Under the pieces are notes generated by a model. That model did no database searches, had not been told where the DNA came from, and was given only the letters and a program-made list of their open reading frames with translations. Positions 46,069 to 57,602 of a DNA stretch of 64,000 bases are shown here, in pieces (the stretch's first letter is position 1; the number at the start of each line of letters is the position of its first letter). A program made the position numbers and the translations under genes. Source of the stretch: Cyanidioschyzon merolae (Eukaryota). The stretch lies in NCBI GenBank assembly GCA_000091205.1, contig AP006485.2, one strand, 5' to 3'.

Positions 46069-47649
46069 TTGAACCAGGCTATACCTCACTGCCGACAAGG
46101 GCATGCAGATCTTCTCAGCAAGATTGCCGAAGGAATGGAACAGCGGCGGTCTGACCATAGGCGCTGGGGCCCACGGGAGCACTTGCGGCGCCTAGACTGG
46201 CAGTTTGCAGCGTTGCTGAACAGACACGCTCGCTGGGTCCATTTGCTCGAAGAAGCATTACACCTTGTCGCGGTGCTCGGTGCACCTGGAGGCAATGTGG
46301 AGCTGCGCGCAGAGGCAGTCTCCGTTCTCGCTGGAGCTCTGGAATGGTACCGTCGGAGACGTCGCACGCCTCTGAGAGAAGCAGCTGCGCTTCCTGCCAC
46401 GTTAAATTCCCTGCGCTGGGCCGAGACGCTCGTATCGATGCTCCGCGTGATCGAGCATACGGAGCTGCTCCTGGAAATGTTGAGCCAGAGCGACGTACCC
46501 GAAAGTCTGGACGGAACGGACCGCTGGCGACACGACGCAGACCCGAGCGGCGCCACAAACGACTCTGCTATGGACTGGATGCGCATCCGCCAAAACCATT
46601 GGTTTTATTCCTGGATTGGTACTCGAGTGCGAGCTGCAAACCTAGGAAACGCGCTTGAGTCGGCGCATGCGCGCACCCACTATTCCAGAGGCTTCCGACG
46701 CTCCTACAACATGGTACTGGTCCTTGAAACGCTCAAGGCGGTCCTGCGAACCGCCGTTCCCGAGCAGACGAACAACCTCTCCTCAACAAGAGGTGCATAT
46801 GACTGTGCGCAGAATGAACGTGCACAGATCAAGAAGATGCTGCTCGACTGGGAGCGACAGGGAGCACTGCAACTCCGGATTGTTCCTCGGCGCGGCGAGC
46901 GCAGTGGACGTTCATTTTTCACCTCAATACGTCCAACAACAACAACAACAACAACGGTTCTTGGTGACATAACGCCAACTGAACCCCCTCCATTGAGGCG
47001 GCCCAGTCAAGCAACCGTCGCTGATGAGCAGGCATGTGCGGAGCAAACCTGTTCCAAATACGCGAACATGGATCAGAGGCATCCGACTGCAGCCGCCTCA
47101 GTACCGATTGAGGACATCTTCATGTTTGTTGCTGATCGGCGCGGGCTCGTTATGGCTGAACGACTCTGGGCGGCGACTGAACGCTACCTACAGAGCATTC
47201 ACGAGCAAAATGCGCAGAGGAACCGGCGAAGCGCTGCAGGTGCTGCACCCTTCGTATGGGTTCCCGGTGACGATCTCCGTTCCAAGATCGCCACTTGGAT
47301 CCGCGTTTGGCGACCAGTTATCTATCTTGCCTTTGTGCCACGTGTCGCACCGTGGAGTAGTTGGCTCATTTCGTTCATGCTGGATGTGATATCGAGGCGC
47401 TGGTTGTTGCAGGGTGGCGGTGACGGCTCGCCTGCTGGCGACATTTCACACCGAGAAGGGGTCCGGATACCACCACCTTCGCCGCTGCTCTTGTACCTGT
47501 TACGAGAACCCGTATACTCCAACGTTATCGTTCGCTGTGTGCTTTTGCCGTGGATGCGTCGCGGCCGAATGCATCGATTTGTGGGATCATTGGCACTGGG
47601 CCTCACTCAGGCCGCTACAAAGTATTACTTCCTCACCGCTGCATCGTAG
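46069..47649 (+). CDS. Hypothetical protein
   Basis: 526-aa ORF dominating its region, with a non-ATG annotated start (the first ATG gives MEQRRSDHRR...). It contains a (ACA)7 Thr run. No recognisable family motif. Confidence 0.35.
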   Translation: MNQAIPHCRQGHADLLSKIAEGMEQRRSDHRRWGPREHLRRLDWQFAALLNRHARWVHLLEEALHLVAVLGAPGGNVELRAEAVSVLAGALEWYRRRRRTPLREAAALPATLNSLRWAETLVSMLRVIEHTELLLEMLSQSDVPESLDGTDRWRHDADPSGATNDSAMDWMRIRQNHWFYSWIGTRVRAANLGNALESAHARTHYSRGFRRSYNMVLVLETLKAVLRTAVPEQTNNLSSTRGAYDCAQNERAQIKKMLLDWERQGALQLRIVPRRGERSGRSFFTSIRPTTTTTTTVLGDITPTEPPPLRRPSQATVADEQACAEQTCSKYANMDQRHPTAAASVPIEDIFMFVADRRGLVMAERLWAATERYLQSIHEQNAQRNRRSAAGAAPFVWVPGDDLRSKIATWIRVWRPVIYLAFVPRVAPWSSWLISFMLDVISRRWLLQGGGDGSPAGDISHREGVRIPPPSPLLLYLLREPVYSNVIVRCVLLPWMRRGRMHRFVGSLALGLTQAATKYYFLTAAS

Positions 47650-48082
47650 GAGATTCTGAAGACATCGCTATCCGTATGCGGCTTGTAATCGCCGTCTCAC
47701 TCGGCATGCTTTCGGGCAGGCACCATCATTGTTTGAGCGAGGTGCACAGCTTCAGCGATTGGTTGTGACCAGTACGGGCACAGCTTCCTGAAGCATTCCC
47801 TTCAACTTATGCCATGTGTTTTCTGGTGCCGCGGTACCGAAGCAAGTATGCGTCCGCAGTGGCATTTTACGCATCCATCGAAAGCAGGATCCGGGCTCGT
47901 ACGAAAGCGCTACACCGCCCTGTCGTCCTGCAGTGAGGGGACCGCCCGTGTTCGCTTGTGAACATGCTCTTTCGGTAACAGCATACGTTTCTGAAAGGAG
48001 CGATGGACACACTATCGCGTGGACGCTCTCTCCTGTCCACCACAGACACGATTGAAGCAGCGCGGATGCATCTGCGCCAGCG

Positions 48083-48721
48083 TTAGCCCCACTGCGATCG
48101 CAGCTTCCACGCAGCCAACTGTGCATCGTTCAAAACGCCTTCATATGACTTAAGCTCTGCATCCCAGCTAAGGTGGCGATCAAGGCGACAACCAAGCGAG
48201 TCCGGATGCGTGCTCCCGCAGCACGACCAGCGATACTGGAGGACCCACCGACTCGCTGAGCCCGTATCTCTTCCGTACTCGGGCCAGGTGAGTGAGGCTT
48301 CGGCTTCTTCGCGAGGCACCATGAACAATCGATAGTAGCCGCGGTCGCCAAGCGGGTGTCCGTGGAAACGACAAGCTCGCTTGTGGTTGAGACGCTCTTC
48401 GAACAGCTCGCCACAACGTCGACAACGCCCAAGGCGCAACACAATTGGCTCTGTATCCACGTCTTTCGGAGCATTTTCCTCGGGTCCCGGTGATGAAGGC
48501 GTTTTCCTGGAGTTGTCCCCCGCACAGCTTGAGTGCCAGCCACGACGCGAGGTTCGCACGTGTCCGAGGCTGCGGACTCCCCGAGCACCCCGCCGACCAG
48601 CTTGCCTGGGTCGACCAGGTAACGAGCGAGACCACTCGTCACCACGGCGCAGGTCGTTGCGCAGCCTGAGCGCTCCTGTCCAGGATCTGGGAACACAAAG
48701 ATTAACCTGTATGGTAAACAT
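48083..48721 (-). CDS. Hypothetical Cys-rich small protein
   Basis: 212-aa ORF with CRRCGELFEERLNHKRACRFHGH and RWSCCGSTHPDSLGC, which is possibly a zinc-binding module. Called on length and Cys pattern only. Confidence 0.3.
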   Translation of the reverse strand: MFTIQVNLCVPRSWTGALRLRNDLRRGDEWSRSLPGRPRQAGRRGARGVRSLGHVRTSRRGWHSSCAGDNSRKTPSSPGPEENAPKDVDTEPIVLRLGRCRRCGELFEERLNHKRACRFHGHPLGDRGYYRLFMVPREEAEASLTWPEYGRDTGSASRWVLQYRWSCCGSTHPDSLGCRLDRHLSWDAELKSYEGVLNDAQLAAWKLRSQWG

Positions 48722-50001
48722 AGTGAATTCGTCGTTTCCCGGGCACGATACGCTCGAGGAGAAGTACGCGCTTCGAAACGGTATCGCGTCATCGGGATTC
48801 CTGCTGGGCTACGCACGTGTCCTTGTATGCAAAGATTGTCTCATGTTCCCATAGACGCCCTCAGCGCTACCGCTTCTTCTATCCTCATATGCACCCGCGC
48901 TAGACTTGAAAAGACCAGGTACACGAACACGGGTGCATGCACGAGAGGTTTGGATGCCTTCCTCATGTCATGGACACCATTTTTAGGGGTTTTCCCTGCA
49001 GCTGCTTCGTTTGCCAGTCCACTCACGCCGTCCTTCAAAGAGGCCGGTCTGTCGTATCCCTGTAGCTCCGGTGCCAATAGTCGAAGGGTGATGCTGAAGC
49101 TCACGATGATCACGGCAGCGTCCAGGTTCCATAGCCGCTGATTCCGGCGGTTGTCAACGCATTCCATGCCCAGACGAAATGAGCGATCAAGATATCGCTT
49201 GACGCATTCGTCCTCTTTGTGACCGGCCTCGGTGCGCTTTGCGCAGCGGCGACGCCATGTGCTGCTCCGCTCTACTCACAGCTGTACCATAAAACCTTAT
49301 ATTCGGAGAACTGCTGTGTTGCACTTGAACATTTGCTTCATCGCTTGGTACACGCTCTTGTCGGGGACGAGAGAATCACCTTGTTGTCGGCCTCGGTTTC
49401 CGCGTTCGGTACCTACCCTACGATCACGTTCGCCTTCTGGGCGATTCCGTCGACGATGACGCTGGCGTATTCGATAGAGAGTTCTTGGAGCACGATATTG
49501 TCCGAGATGAAACAGGTACAACAGCGGGGATATCCAGACTGGAGGACATGTCGAGAGGTCTCCTCCCGTGTACGCTTACCTCATGCGAAGCGTTTCCATA
49601 CGCTCCACTGGAAGCGACCCCTCTGATGACTGCATTCTGTGTCGAGTAGTCTTCTCCGTGCAAATAGAACAGACGGGAGCCTCTGTTGGCACATCCCATG
49701 ATAAGTACCACGATGCTACGGAAAGCTGATTCGTCGACAGTAGCGCTAGAAGAAAAGCGAACCGTTTGTCGTTCGAAACGAATCTCATACGGATCGCGAG
49801 ATGTTCAGTGTGCTATCGGCATAAGCTGTGAACAAGTCGTCAACCTCGACATCAAGGTACTTTCCTCGTCGATCCAGCGGCATGCCTTGCTGCACATACG
49901 AGTTCCGTGGCAACAGAGCAAGCGTCCTGTTGTCTTCTGCGTTGTTCATGCGAGCTCCAATGATGGAAAGAAGAAGTTTGGAGTCCTCTACCAATAAACT
50001 T

Positions 50002-50165
50002 GATTATGATATAGGCTACGATACGAACGCTTGTTCGACGGCTTCGCGAACCATCTTGATCCAGTTGAGTTGACGAATTTCAGCAGCAAAGCATCGAAGG
50101 CAACATTCCTATACGACGACCGCGAATCCTGACACGACTTGTGAATCCGTAGGAACTGATGGTGC
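50002..50165. repeat. Dispersed repeat family, copy B
   Basis: gattatgatataggctacgatacgaacgcttgttcgacggcttcgcgaaccatcttgatcc...ttcagcagcaaagcatcgaaggcaac...cacgacttgtgaatccgtagg aligns with copy A. Confidence 0.6.
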
Positions 50166-50904
50166 ACGGTGAATGCCCAGGCTGTATACCCGAAAAGAAT
50201 ACGGAAAGAATCATAGCGCTAGAACAGTGCAAGCAGTTAAAAATGTTCTATTCGTGTCGGCAACGGACGAGGTGCACCAGAGCCCCTGTCCAGTTTCGTC
50301 GCATCGCGGCACATAAACGTGCCTACAGTATAAACAGCACTTGTGCACAAACGGATCGATGGATGGATTTTACGTAGTAGATGAGCGCATACCCGGGCGC
50401 CTGGCGGATCGTTCAGAGTCTTGCGTCCACAACGTTTCGGACGTACCGTCCCCGACGTTGCGTTCACAGAGACTACAAGCAACACCATCGGAAACCCGAC
50501 ACCGTCGAAAGCGCACCTATTGCGTTTCCGGACCTGGTGCCTTTGAGGCGCTACAGAGTTGTGAAAGTTTCCGCACATATCGCAGCGACGCCAAAGTGGG
50601 GTATTCGCTCTGCAAAGCAGGTACTTTGACGGACAGCAAGCGATCGAATGCTTGCCTGCGACACATCAAGATGCTGTAGCCCGAATATCCTCCACACTTC
50701 TGTTACGCACTGTCCAGAGCGTACCTCGGTACCGTGCTCGGCAATAAAAATTCATACAAGCTGCAGGTAAGTCGGCACATGAATGCTACAAATGGAAACC
50801 TTTACACGCGATGATAAACGATACGCATATCCCATGCAGGATGCACGTTCTCATGCAAGTCAACGTCGATATCAGGAGCCAGCGTGGACGCACTCGGTGC
50901 GACC

Positions 50905-52578
50905 CTACGCTACCTCAGAGACCCGTGTGCTGTACAATGCTGCGTGCTGAAATCCGCTTACAATATGGAAGGTCGAATTCGCAAACTCGGCTCCATCCGC
51001 AGGGCTTGCACGAAAGACATGTACAGGTTCCCAGAAATCGATCGTTCCCGCTCCAGCATCCGGTACCATACGATCGCCTAGTCCGAGTGCTCCACAGAGG
51101 CCGCTGCCCCAACTGTAGAGATCCACGTGACTGTTCTGTATGCCTACGCGAATCGCGTAACTCGTCCGGTAGCCAGCAGCAATGTCGATGATGCTCGCGT
51201 CAGACTGGGCATCCATGAAAGCTTCTATAGGCTGCGGTGACTGCACTGCATGGGAGGCTTGAGTCCCGTAACCCAGACCCAAGCAACCGTTTTCGTTACT
51301 GCCCCAGCTGTAGACCATCCGACGACGGAGCCCGTCTGGCGCCAACTCGACGAGCACCAGCACGTGGTTGAATCCGAACGCAACCTTTTGGACTCGCCCT
51401 CGAATCGACGGCAGCGGAGTCGGTTCCCAGAAGATCCTGTCGGAGAACTTGCCCCAGACAACGAGCTCACCGCTCTTCTTCAGGATTGCACCGGCTGCGT
51501 TGAAGCCAGCAAAGAGCTTTGCCACCGGTTCGCCGTGCAGTGCACGCAGCCGTCGAAAAGTCCCCACGAAGCGCTGTCCGCCTGGACCAGAGAGCGTCTG
51601 GTCCACAGTCGCAGGATGTCCTAAACCCAGTTGTCCGTACTCGATGGAGCCGCTGCCGTAGACACTGCCATCAGCAGCGCGTATGAGTGTGAACTGATCC
51701 CCACAGACTGCCTGCACGGCATGAACGTTTGATCGGGCCAATGCTTCGACAAGCAGCGGGCGTTCGATCGTTTTCGGAACGGATGCAATGCCCCGAGCGC
51801 TCCGTCCAGTAGACACATGCCCCAGTTGCCCGTGGGTGCCACGTCCACACGTATACACGTGTCCATCCGAGGACACCCAAACCGAATGGGCAGCACCAGC
51901 CGCTACATCCGAAAGGTGCGGCTGCTGCTGAGGTGCCCAGCGAACAGCGAGCGGTGTCCAACGCGACCAGCGCATCCAGCGCCATGGCCAACGACTGAAG
52001 CCAACTTGCTGCTGCTGGTGCTGCTGCTGGTGCAACCATGCAGTGAGCAGCGACTGGAGTGGTGCACGCGGCACCAGCGCTTCCGAAGGCAGTCCGAGCT
52101 GACCCTCGGACCCGAGACCGAAGCTATACGCGTCCCCGTTCTCCAGCAGCACGATGGAGTGCGCAGCTCCAAGCGCAACCCGTTTGATGGAACTCGGCAA
52201 ATTGTCGAGGGCCTCGGGCCTCGTACAGCGTCGCCCAGCACCAAAGTCGCGATCCAGCTCCGTTCGTGAGAGCGGTACCCCGAGACGGCCGTCGTCTGCG
52301 TTACCCCAAAACCAAACAACGCCTTTCGGTTTGCTGTGCGACTCCTCAGTGGCACCGAGGTCTTGCGCCTTTACCGAGAAGCGCCGAGCGCCGAGCTTGG
52401 GAGCGATGAACCCTAGCGCAGTACTGAGTGCCCGCTGCAGGTCACTCGGGCAGCGCTCTATTACCTGGAATCCTGCGAAGGGATGCAGGCCGGTAAAACC
52501 ACGCCCAAGCTTGAACGCGTATCGCAACTGCATTCGGTCTCCAGTCGACGATAGCAGTGCAGTAGTAGAACCAGTCAC
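50905..52578 (-). CDS. RCC1-repeat (regulator of chromosome condensation-like) beta-propeller protein
   Basis: At least six RCC1 repeats carry the signature spacing: VYTCGRGTHGQLG, VYGSGSIEYGQLGLG, LVVWGKF, VYSWGSNENGCLGLG, LYSWGSGLCGALGLG and AYSFGLGSEGQLGLP. An internal poly-Gln run (QQQHQQQQ) is present. Confidence 0.8.
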   Translation of the reverse strand: MTGSTTALLSSTGDRMQLRYAFKLGRGFTGLHPFAGFQVIERCPSDLQRALSTALGFIAPKLGARRFSVKAQDLGATEESHSKPKGVVWFWGNADDGRLGVPLSRTELDRDFGAGRRCTRPEALDNLPSSIKRVALGAAHSIVLLENGDAYSFGLGSEGQLGLPSEALVPRAPLQSLLTAWLHQQQHQQQQVGFSRWPWRWMRWSRWTPLAVRWAPQQQPHLSDVAAGAAHSVWVSSDGHVYTCGRGTHGQLGHVSTGRSARGIASVPKTIERPLLVEALARSNVHAVQAVCGDQFTLIRAADGSVYGSGSIEYGQLGLGHPATVDQTLSGPGGQRFVGTFRRLRALHGEPVAKLFAGFNAAGAILKKSGELVVWGKFSDRIFWEPTPLPSIRGRVQKVAFGFNHVLVLVELAPDGLRRRMVYSWGSNENGCLGLGYGTQASHAVQSPQPIEAFMDAQSDASIIDIAAGYRTSYAIRVGIQNSHVDLYSWGSGLCGALGLGDRMVPDAGAGTIDFWEPVHVFRASPADGAEFANSTFHIVSGFQHAALYSTRVSEVA

Positions 52579-53050
52579 GAAGCCAAAGTGCTTTGCATAT
52601 GTTCAGTGCATCTCCTGGAAGCTCCGTGTTTTGTACGATACCAGTATACACACAAACACGAACACGAACAAACAAAGCCCTGCTAACGTTCACGTTTCCA
52701 CCCCGAATACCCCTGAATGCCTCGAGGCGATAACGATCCGCCTGTACCGCTGGGCAGTTGCCGGCGTCTATCAAGTAGTCGTACGGGAAAACAGGGGAGT
52801 AGGAAGCGTGTCTTCGACTGCACCTGTTTCACTGGGGTTAAGATCGAGCACTCGTGTCCAGGACTGCTCTTGCGTTGCTGCTTTCTTGATCGGTCGCAAG
52901 ATACCAGTCTCTTCGGTGCGGGCTTGGACGGCTTCTACAGAGGCTGCGGAGCAGCCGACAGGGATCAGCGCGCTCACGCGGTTTCGAGTCCGAGCACTGG
53001 GACACTTGAGGCGGCTTAGGACTTGAGCACTCGCGTGCTCACTGCACGAG

Positions 53051-54049
53051 GTGCCGCATGCAGCGATGCTGGAGTTCGTGAACCGCGACAGCGGGCGAGG
53101 CATCAACTTGTTGGTCGACACCCTGGCTGGCGGTCTCGCCGGAGCACTCGCTGACCTACTGATGCACCCCGTGGACACCATAAAAGCTCGCCTCCAAGTC
53201 CAGCAGTCTAGTCGAGTCAAGCGATCCGGGGAGTCGCGCTGGTCGAGTCGCGATGAGCTGGCTCACGGGCGACCCTATCGCGGTATGTTGGACTGTGCGG
53301 TTCGCATCGTTAGGGAGCAGGGCGTGCGCGGCGGCCTGTATGCAGGACTTTCAGCTGTACTACTCGGAAGCGTACCATCCCATGCGATTACCTTCGCTTC
53401 GTACAAATACCTTAAATCCTGGACACCTGGCGGCGGCTACGGAGCAGACGGCATCCCCAACTGGTGGAGCGACGTGGTATCCGCGTCTGCAGCCGACTTG
53501 TTAGCCCTGTCAACGTACGTTCCTGCAGAGGTTGTGGCGAAACGTCTGCAAGTTGCTGGTATGGGGCCTGCTCGGGACTACAGCTCGCCATTTCACGCTC
53601 TGCGAGTGATCGCTCGAACCGAAGGCATTCGCAAGGGTCTGTATGCTGGGGCAACTGCCACCATGTTTCGTGATGTGCCGTTTACGGCGCTCCAGTTTGC
53701 CATTTTCGAGCAGATGAAGTCGCTGTTGGGAGATTTTGCCCAGACTTCGGGCGGCATGTTGTTGTGCGGTTTGACGGCCGGCGCTGGTGCCGGGGCGGCA
53801 ACAACCCCTCTGGATGTCGTCAAGACTCGCTTACAAACGCAACACATTGGTGCGGATCGCGCTTACCGAGGCGTGCTCCATTGTCTTCGCACGATTCTCG
53901 CTGAGGAAGGGCCTGCAGCGCTCTTCAAAGGCGTATTCCCGCGAATTGTTTGGGTAGCGCCTGCGTCTGCAGTTACGCTAGCAGCCTATGAGCAGTTGAT
54001 TCGCTGGATCCAACCGAACCGTCAGACGCTCACGCCCGCGTCTGAATAG
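53051..54049 (+). CDS. Mitochondrial carrier family protein (SLC25); first-repeat signature resembles the S-adenosylmethionine carrier subgroup
   Basis: 332 aa with three carrier repeats: HPVDTIKARLQ, SAADLLALSTYVPAEVVAKRLQ and TPLDVVKTRLQTQ, and the usual 6-TM periodicity. Substrate assignment is tentative. Confidence 0.8.
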   Translation: MPHAAMLEFVNRDSGRGINLLVDTLAGGLAGALADLLMHPVDTIKARLQVQQSSRVKRSGESRWSSRDELAHGRPYRGMLDCAVRIVREQGVRGGLYAGLSAVLLGSVPSHAITFASYKYLKSWTPGGGYGADGIPNWWSDVVSASAADLLALSTYVPAEVVAKRLQVAGMGPARDYSSPFHALRVIARTEGIRKGLYAGATATMFRDVPFTALQFAIFEQMKSLLGDFAQTSGGMLLCGLTAGAGAGAATTPLDVVKTRLQTQHIGADRAYRGVLHCLRTILAEEGPAALFKGVFPRIVWVAPASAVTLAAYEQLIRWIQPNRQTLTPASE

Positions 54050-55674
54050 TGCAGCGTTGGTAAGATGATTGGCGTTATTTGGAGCTCCACTGTTCCTGTG
54101 CCCAAGGCACACCGGCATGCGGTGCAAGGCCGTAGACCTGGGTACTCTGTACGATTCTGGGCACGCCAGTAGAAGCTGATCTATCAGCGATGTGACCCTT
54201 TGGAAGCCGACAGTTTCTCTGACAGATCCGTTCGCAACGAAGATACGGAATGCATTTTGCATCAGAGCGGCCGTCGTTATTCGCTCTGCGCATCTACGCT
54301 GCCTGGATCGCTAACTTTTTTGTGCCCCAGAGCATATATGAACACAGACATTCCAAGTCCTTCGGGATGCTTGATGCTCCCGATGCAGTTCGTGTCGCGT
54401 ACGCAGCAGAGGAGGTGTGTGGGGCGCTAGTGGCGTCCTGCGAGCGTCGCCAGGCACAACTTTAGCCTCTGTTCTTGAGATACAGACACCTGTCACGCAA
54501 TATTCCTGCCATGCTAGCACCAGTAAATGAGCTCGTAGACAAGTGCAGCGCCGAGACGCCACTCATGCTCTCTGCTGGCTCGCTCCAGCTTCCCGTATCC
54601 AGCACCACTTCGGATCTCGATTCATCGGGTCTGGATAGGATGCCAACGCATGAGTTCTGGCACAGTCGTGCTTTCGCCTCCCATTGAGACGAGATGTACG
54701 GCGACCAGACACGATTCATGCGATGAACGACGTGCATTCGTTCGGCAGCCGCCGGGCAGCGTAGCCGAGGCCCACGCCAAAAGCAAAATCAGTCGCTGGT
54801 GTGGTATCTTTTAGGCTGATGGCGACACCTTACGTCCCGTGGACACGGCCTTGGGCATCGACACGTTCCAGGAACCTGTCGTGGACGCACATGTGGTGTC
54901 TAGTGCCCGGAAACGCCTCACCAGAGCGTCAGGGCATCGTCCAATGTCTTCCGCTCGGAATCCCTCGACATCGTGGATGCAGCGTATTGCCGCAGGGCGC
55001 TTGTCCGCGACACATGGAACCTCGATGTGCTTCGATTCCGATTATCATGGAATTTTGCGGTCTCCGAGTTGAACCGAATGCAAGCTTTCTCAGCAATCAG
55101 AGCAATGAACGTCATGGATGCTTGTTGAAACATGCGTTCAGCTTGCCCTGGACCCGCATGTTGCGCAACGTGCCTCTCATGGACACGCTGGTCGACTCAT
55201 TTGGTGGTATCGTTCCGCTGCATCCAACAAGGCATCCTCGAGACGCCCGTCGACGTGAGCACACAGCACTCCTGGGACGCACTGTTTGCACCTTCGACCC
55301 TGCTGCAGGGCATGCGGTGCACTCATGTCGGCTGGTCCGATAGCGTGCATGTATCCACGCTCATGCGACCACGAAGAGCGCTGACTTCCACCTCACTTCG
55401 ATGCAAGGGATACCTGCACTACTCCCGAACGCGTATCAGCGATGCTCTTCGGGTCATCGATACCATAAGAGGAAACGTGAACGACGGCAATGGCGCTGTT
55501 GCTTCTCTCAGTGGTGCTCGTATACGCCATGGATCAACCAAGCCTCCAATGCATTGTAGACGGGTACACTGCAGATGCTAGACAGCGCCAGCATCGTCTG
55601 GATCGGATTTCGATTGCGCTTACCTCCCGTAAACGTACTTGGAATCTCGCGAACGCAATCTTCTTACACAAATG

Positions 55675-55932
55675 ATCACGACTGCTTGTATACAAGGATA
55701 GCTTTCATTCTTGAAAAGAAAAGCCTAGCGGTACGCAGTCAGTGAGCGCAATACGCATATCATGAAGACTGCTTGTAGAAAAGGTCATGTTCCATTATGG
55801 AAAAGAAAAGCATAGCGTTACACGGCCAGCGAGCGCAATACACATATCATCACGACTGCTTGTATACAAGGTCTGCTTCCATTCTTGAAAAGAAAAGCAT
55901 AGCGTTATATGGCCAGCGAGCGCAATACACTT
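55675..55932. repeat. 87-bp tandem repeat x3, intergenic and upstream of the 56166 gene
   Basis: Units at 55675-55761, 55762-55848 and 55849-~55932 share ...actgcttgtatacaagg...cattcttgaaaagaaaagcatagcg...gccagcgagcgcaatacacatatc at roughly 85-90% identity. Confidence 0.85.
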
Positions 55933-56165
55933 TTGAACGGCACGTTGCGCCCTCGCCGAAAGACTGTTGGCGCCGCCAACGCTTCTGACGGATGCGTTTT
56001 TTCTCCTCCAATCGCTCTCTAAGGGACATTTGCTGTTGTTCGCCATACCTTTCAATCAAGTTGCCCGCTGCTTCCTGTTTACTTCTACTAGTGAGGTACT
56101 GGCGTCGCTTGTACCTTGGGGAAGGTATATCCGCGTGTAATCTCACTAGATTCGCGTTCTAGGAC

Positions 56166-57602
56166 GTGAACCTTATGGAAGACGACGGGACACGACAATC
56201 CTTGCTTAAGCTCGGGGCAAGCCAGCGAAAGCCGAGTTCTAGGACAGCATGCGTCGCTTCCGGCAACGCTTCTGAGGAGTTTGCGGGTTCACGGCGGCGG
56301 GCCAAGGTGCGTGCCAAGCACTTGATTGCGCTGACTTTTTGTCTGCTGTTTGTGGGCGTCACTGCGTGGTGCGAGCTTCGTTTCGCGCTTCTTCAATACG
56401 TGATCAACGGGGGCTACCCCGAGGACACCGCGCCGGTAACCGATAAGAACCCACGATATCACATACAGATGAGCCTTCAACGACAACTGGGAAACTTTTG
56501 TACCTTTTTAGATCTTTACTACGGGCGCTGCGACGGTGACTACGACTGCTACGCGAAGCTGCTACCGCGGCGTCGAAGAGTGTGGTATCGAGGGCGCCTT
56601 CGCCCAGTGTTTGAGCGGCCTGTAACCGTATCGCCGCTTCCGCGAGGCAGCCGTCTTGACCCGGCGTACTGCCTAACCTCGAACAGTCTGATGCCGCTGT
56701 CCGCAGAGCAGATAGAGCGGGTGCGGCTCGCGCGGAACTGCCCAGTGCGGCCGCGGTACCTCTGGTTTGTGTACATCGTTCGCGACGAGGCGAGACTGCT
56801 TGTCCAAAACATCCTGCATCATCTTGGGCAGGGTGTCGAGCATTTCCTCGTGTACGACAACGAATCGAGCGATAACCTCTCCAACGCGTTGGAACCATTT
56901 CAAAAGCTCGGTCTGGTGAGCCTCTACAATATTTCAGGCCAGGGAGTGCAGCTGCGCGCCTACGACGATGCGCTCAGCAGGGCGCGACGTGCAGGCGTGT
57001 CCTGGCTCGGAGCTATCGATGCCGATGAGTTTTTCATTTCGACGCGTGCGCCCTGCATACCGAGCGTACTCGAGAAGCTGCAGCGTGAGAAAAATGCGAC
57101 AATGGCTGCGCTTGCGGTCAACTGGCGATTCCCAGGGCGGTATCCAAAGCTCTTGAATGCAACAACATTTCCTGCGGAGAGCGCGGTTTTTTCCATCGGG
57201 AGCCCAAACAAGCACGTCAAGTCCATCGTCTACGCGCCCCGCACGAGGTTCTTTAGGTCGCCTCACCATGCGCGTTATGACCCTGGAATGAAAGCGCTCA
57301 GCGTGTCCGGCGAGGTAGTAGAGGGCCCGTTCCAGGAGCCTCCCAGCGCCGAGAACACGGCACTCTTTCACTTCCACTCCAAAAATGTGAATGAGTGGAT
57401 ACAAAAACGGATCCGAGGTCGCGCCGATGTTTCCTGGGCTTTCATGAAGACGCAGCCCGAAATATTTTTCAATGATGATCTCGTCTCGTTTTTCACAGAA
57501 TGGCTGGGATACACGAAGGCCACCGGGCCGAAAGGCCATCCGCTGGCATTGGCCCTGCGGAACCACACCATAGCGCTAAAACGGGCCATTTGGGGCTGGT
57601 GA
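56166..57602 (+). CDS. Golgi-type type II membrane glycosyltransferase-like protein (GT-A fold, GT92/DUF23-like)
   Basis: Short cytosolic N-terminus, a TM anchor (LIALTFCLLFVGVTAWCELRF), then a lumenal domain with FLVYDNESSDNL and the GT-A DxD-type motif GAIDADEFF. Family assignment is from motif pattern only. Confidence 0.5.
   Translation: MNLMEDDGTRQSLLKLGASQRKPSSRTACVASGNASEEFAGSRRRAKVRAKHLIALTFCLLFVGVTAWCELRFALLQYVINGGYPEDTAPVTDKNPRYHIQMSLQRQLGNFCTFLDLYYGRCDGDYDCYAKLLPRRRRVWYRGRLRPVFERPVTVSPLPRGSRLDPAYCLTSNSLMPLSAEQIERVRLARNCPVRPRYLWFVYIVRDEARLLVQNILHHLGQGVEHFLVYDNESSDNLSNALEPFQKLGLVSLYNISGQGVQLRAYDDALSRARRAGVSWLGAIDADEFFISTRAPCIPSVLEKLQREKNATMAALAVNWRFPGRYPKLLNATTFPAESAVFSIGSPNKHVKSIVYAPRTRFFRSPHHARYDPGMKALSVSGEVVEGPFQEPPSAENTALFHFHSKNVNEWIQKRIRGRADVSWAFMKTQPEIFFNDDLVSFFTEWLGYTKATGPKGHPLALALRNHTIALKRAIWGW

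Noticed and set aside
46040-46075. tRNA-like T-arm (CCTGG-TTCAATT-CCAGA on minus) near the start of ORF 46069
   Set aside because: No matching acceptor or anticodon arms can be built around it, so this is an isolated chance match.
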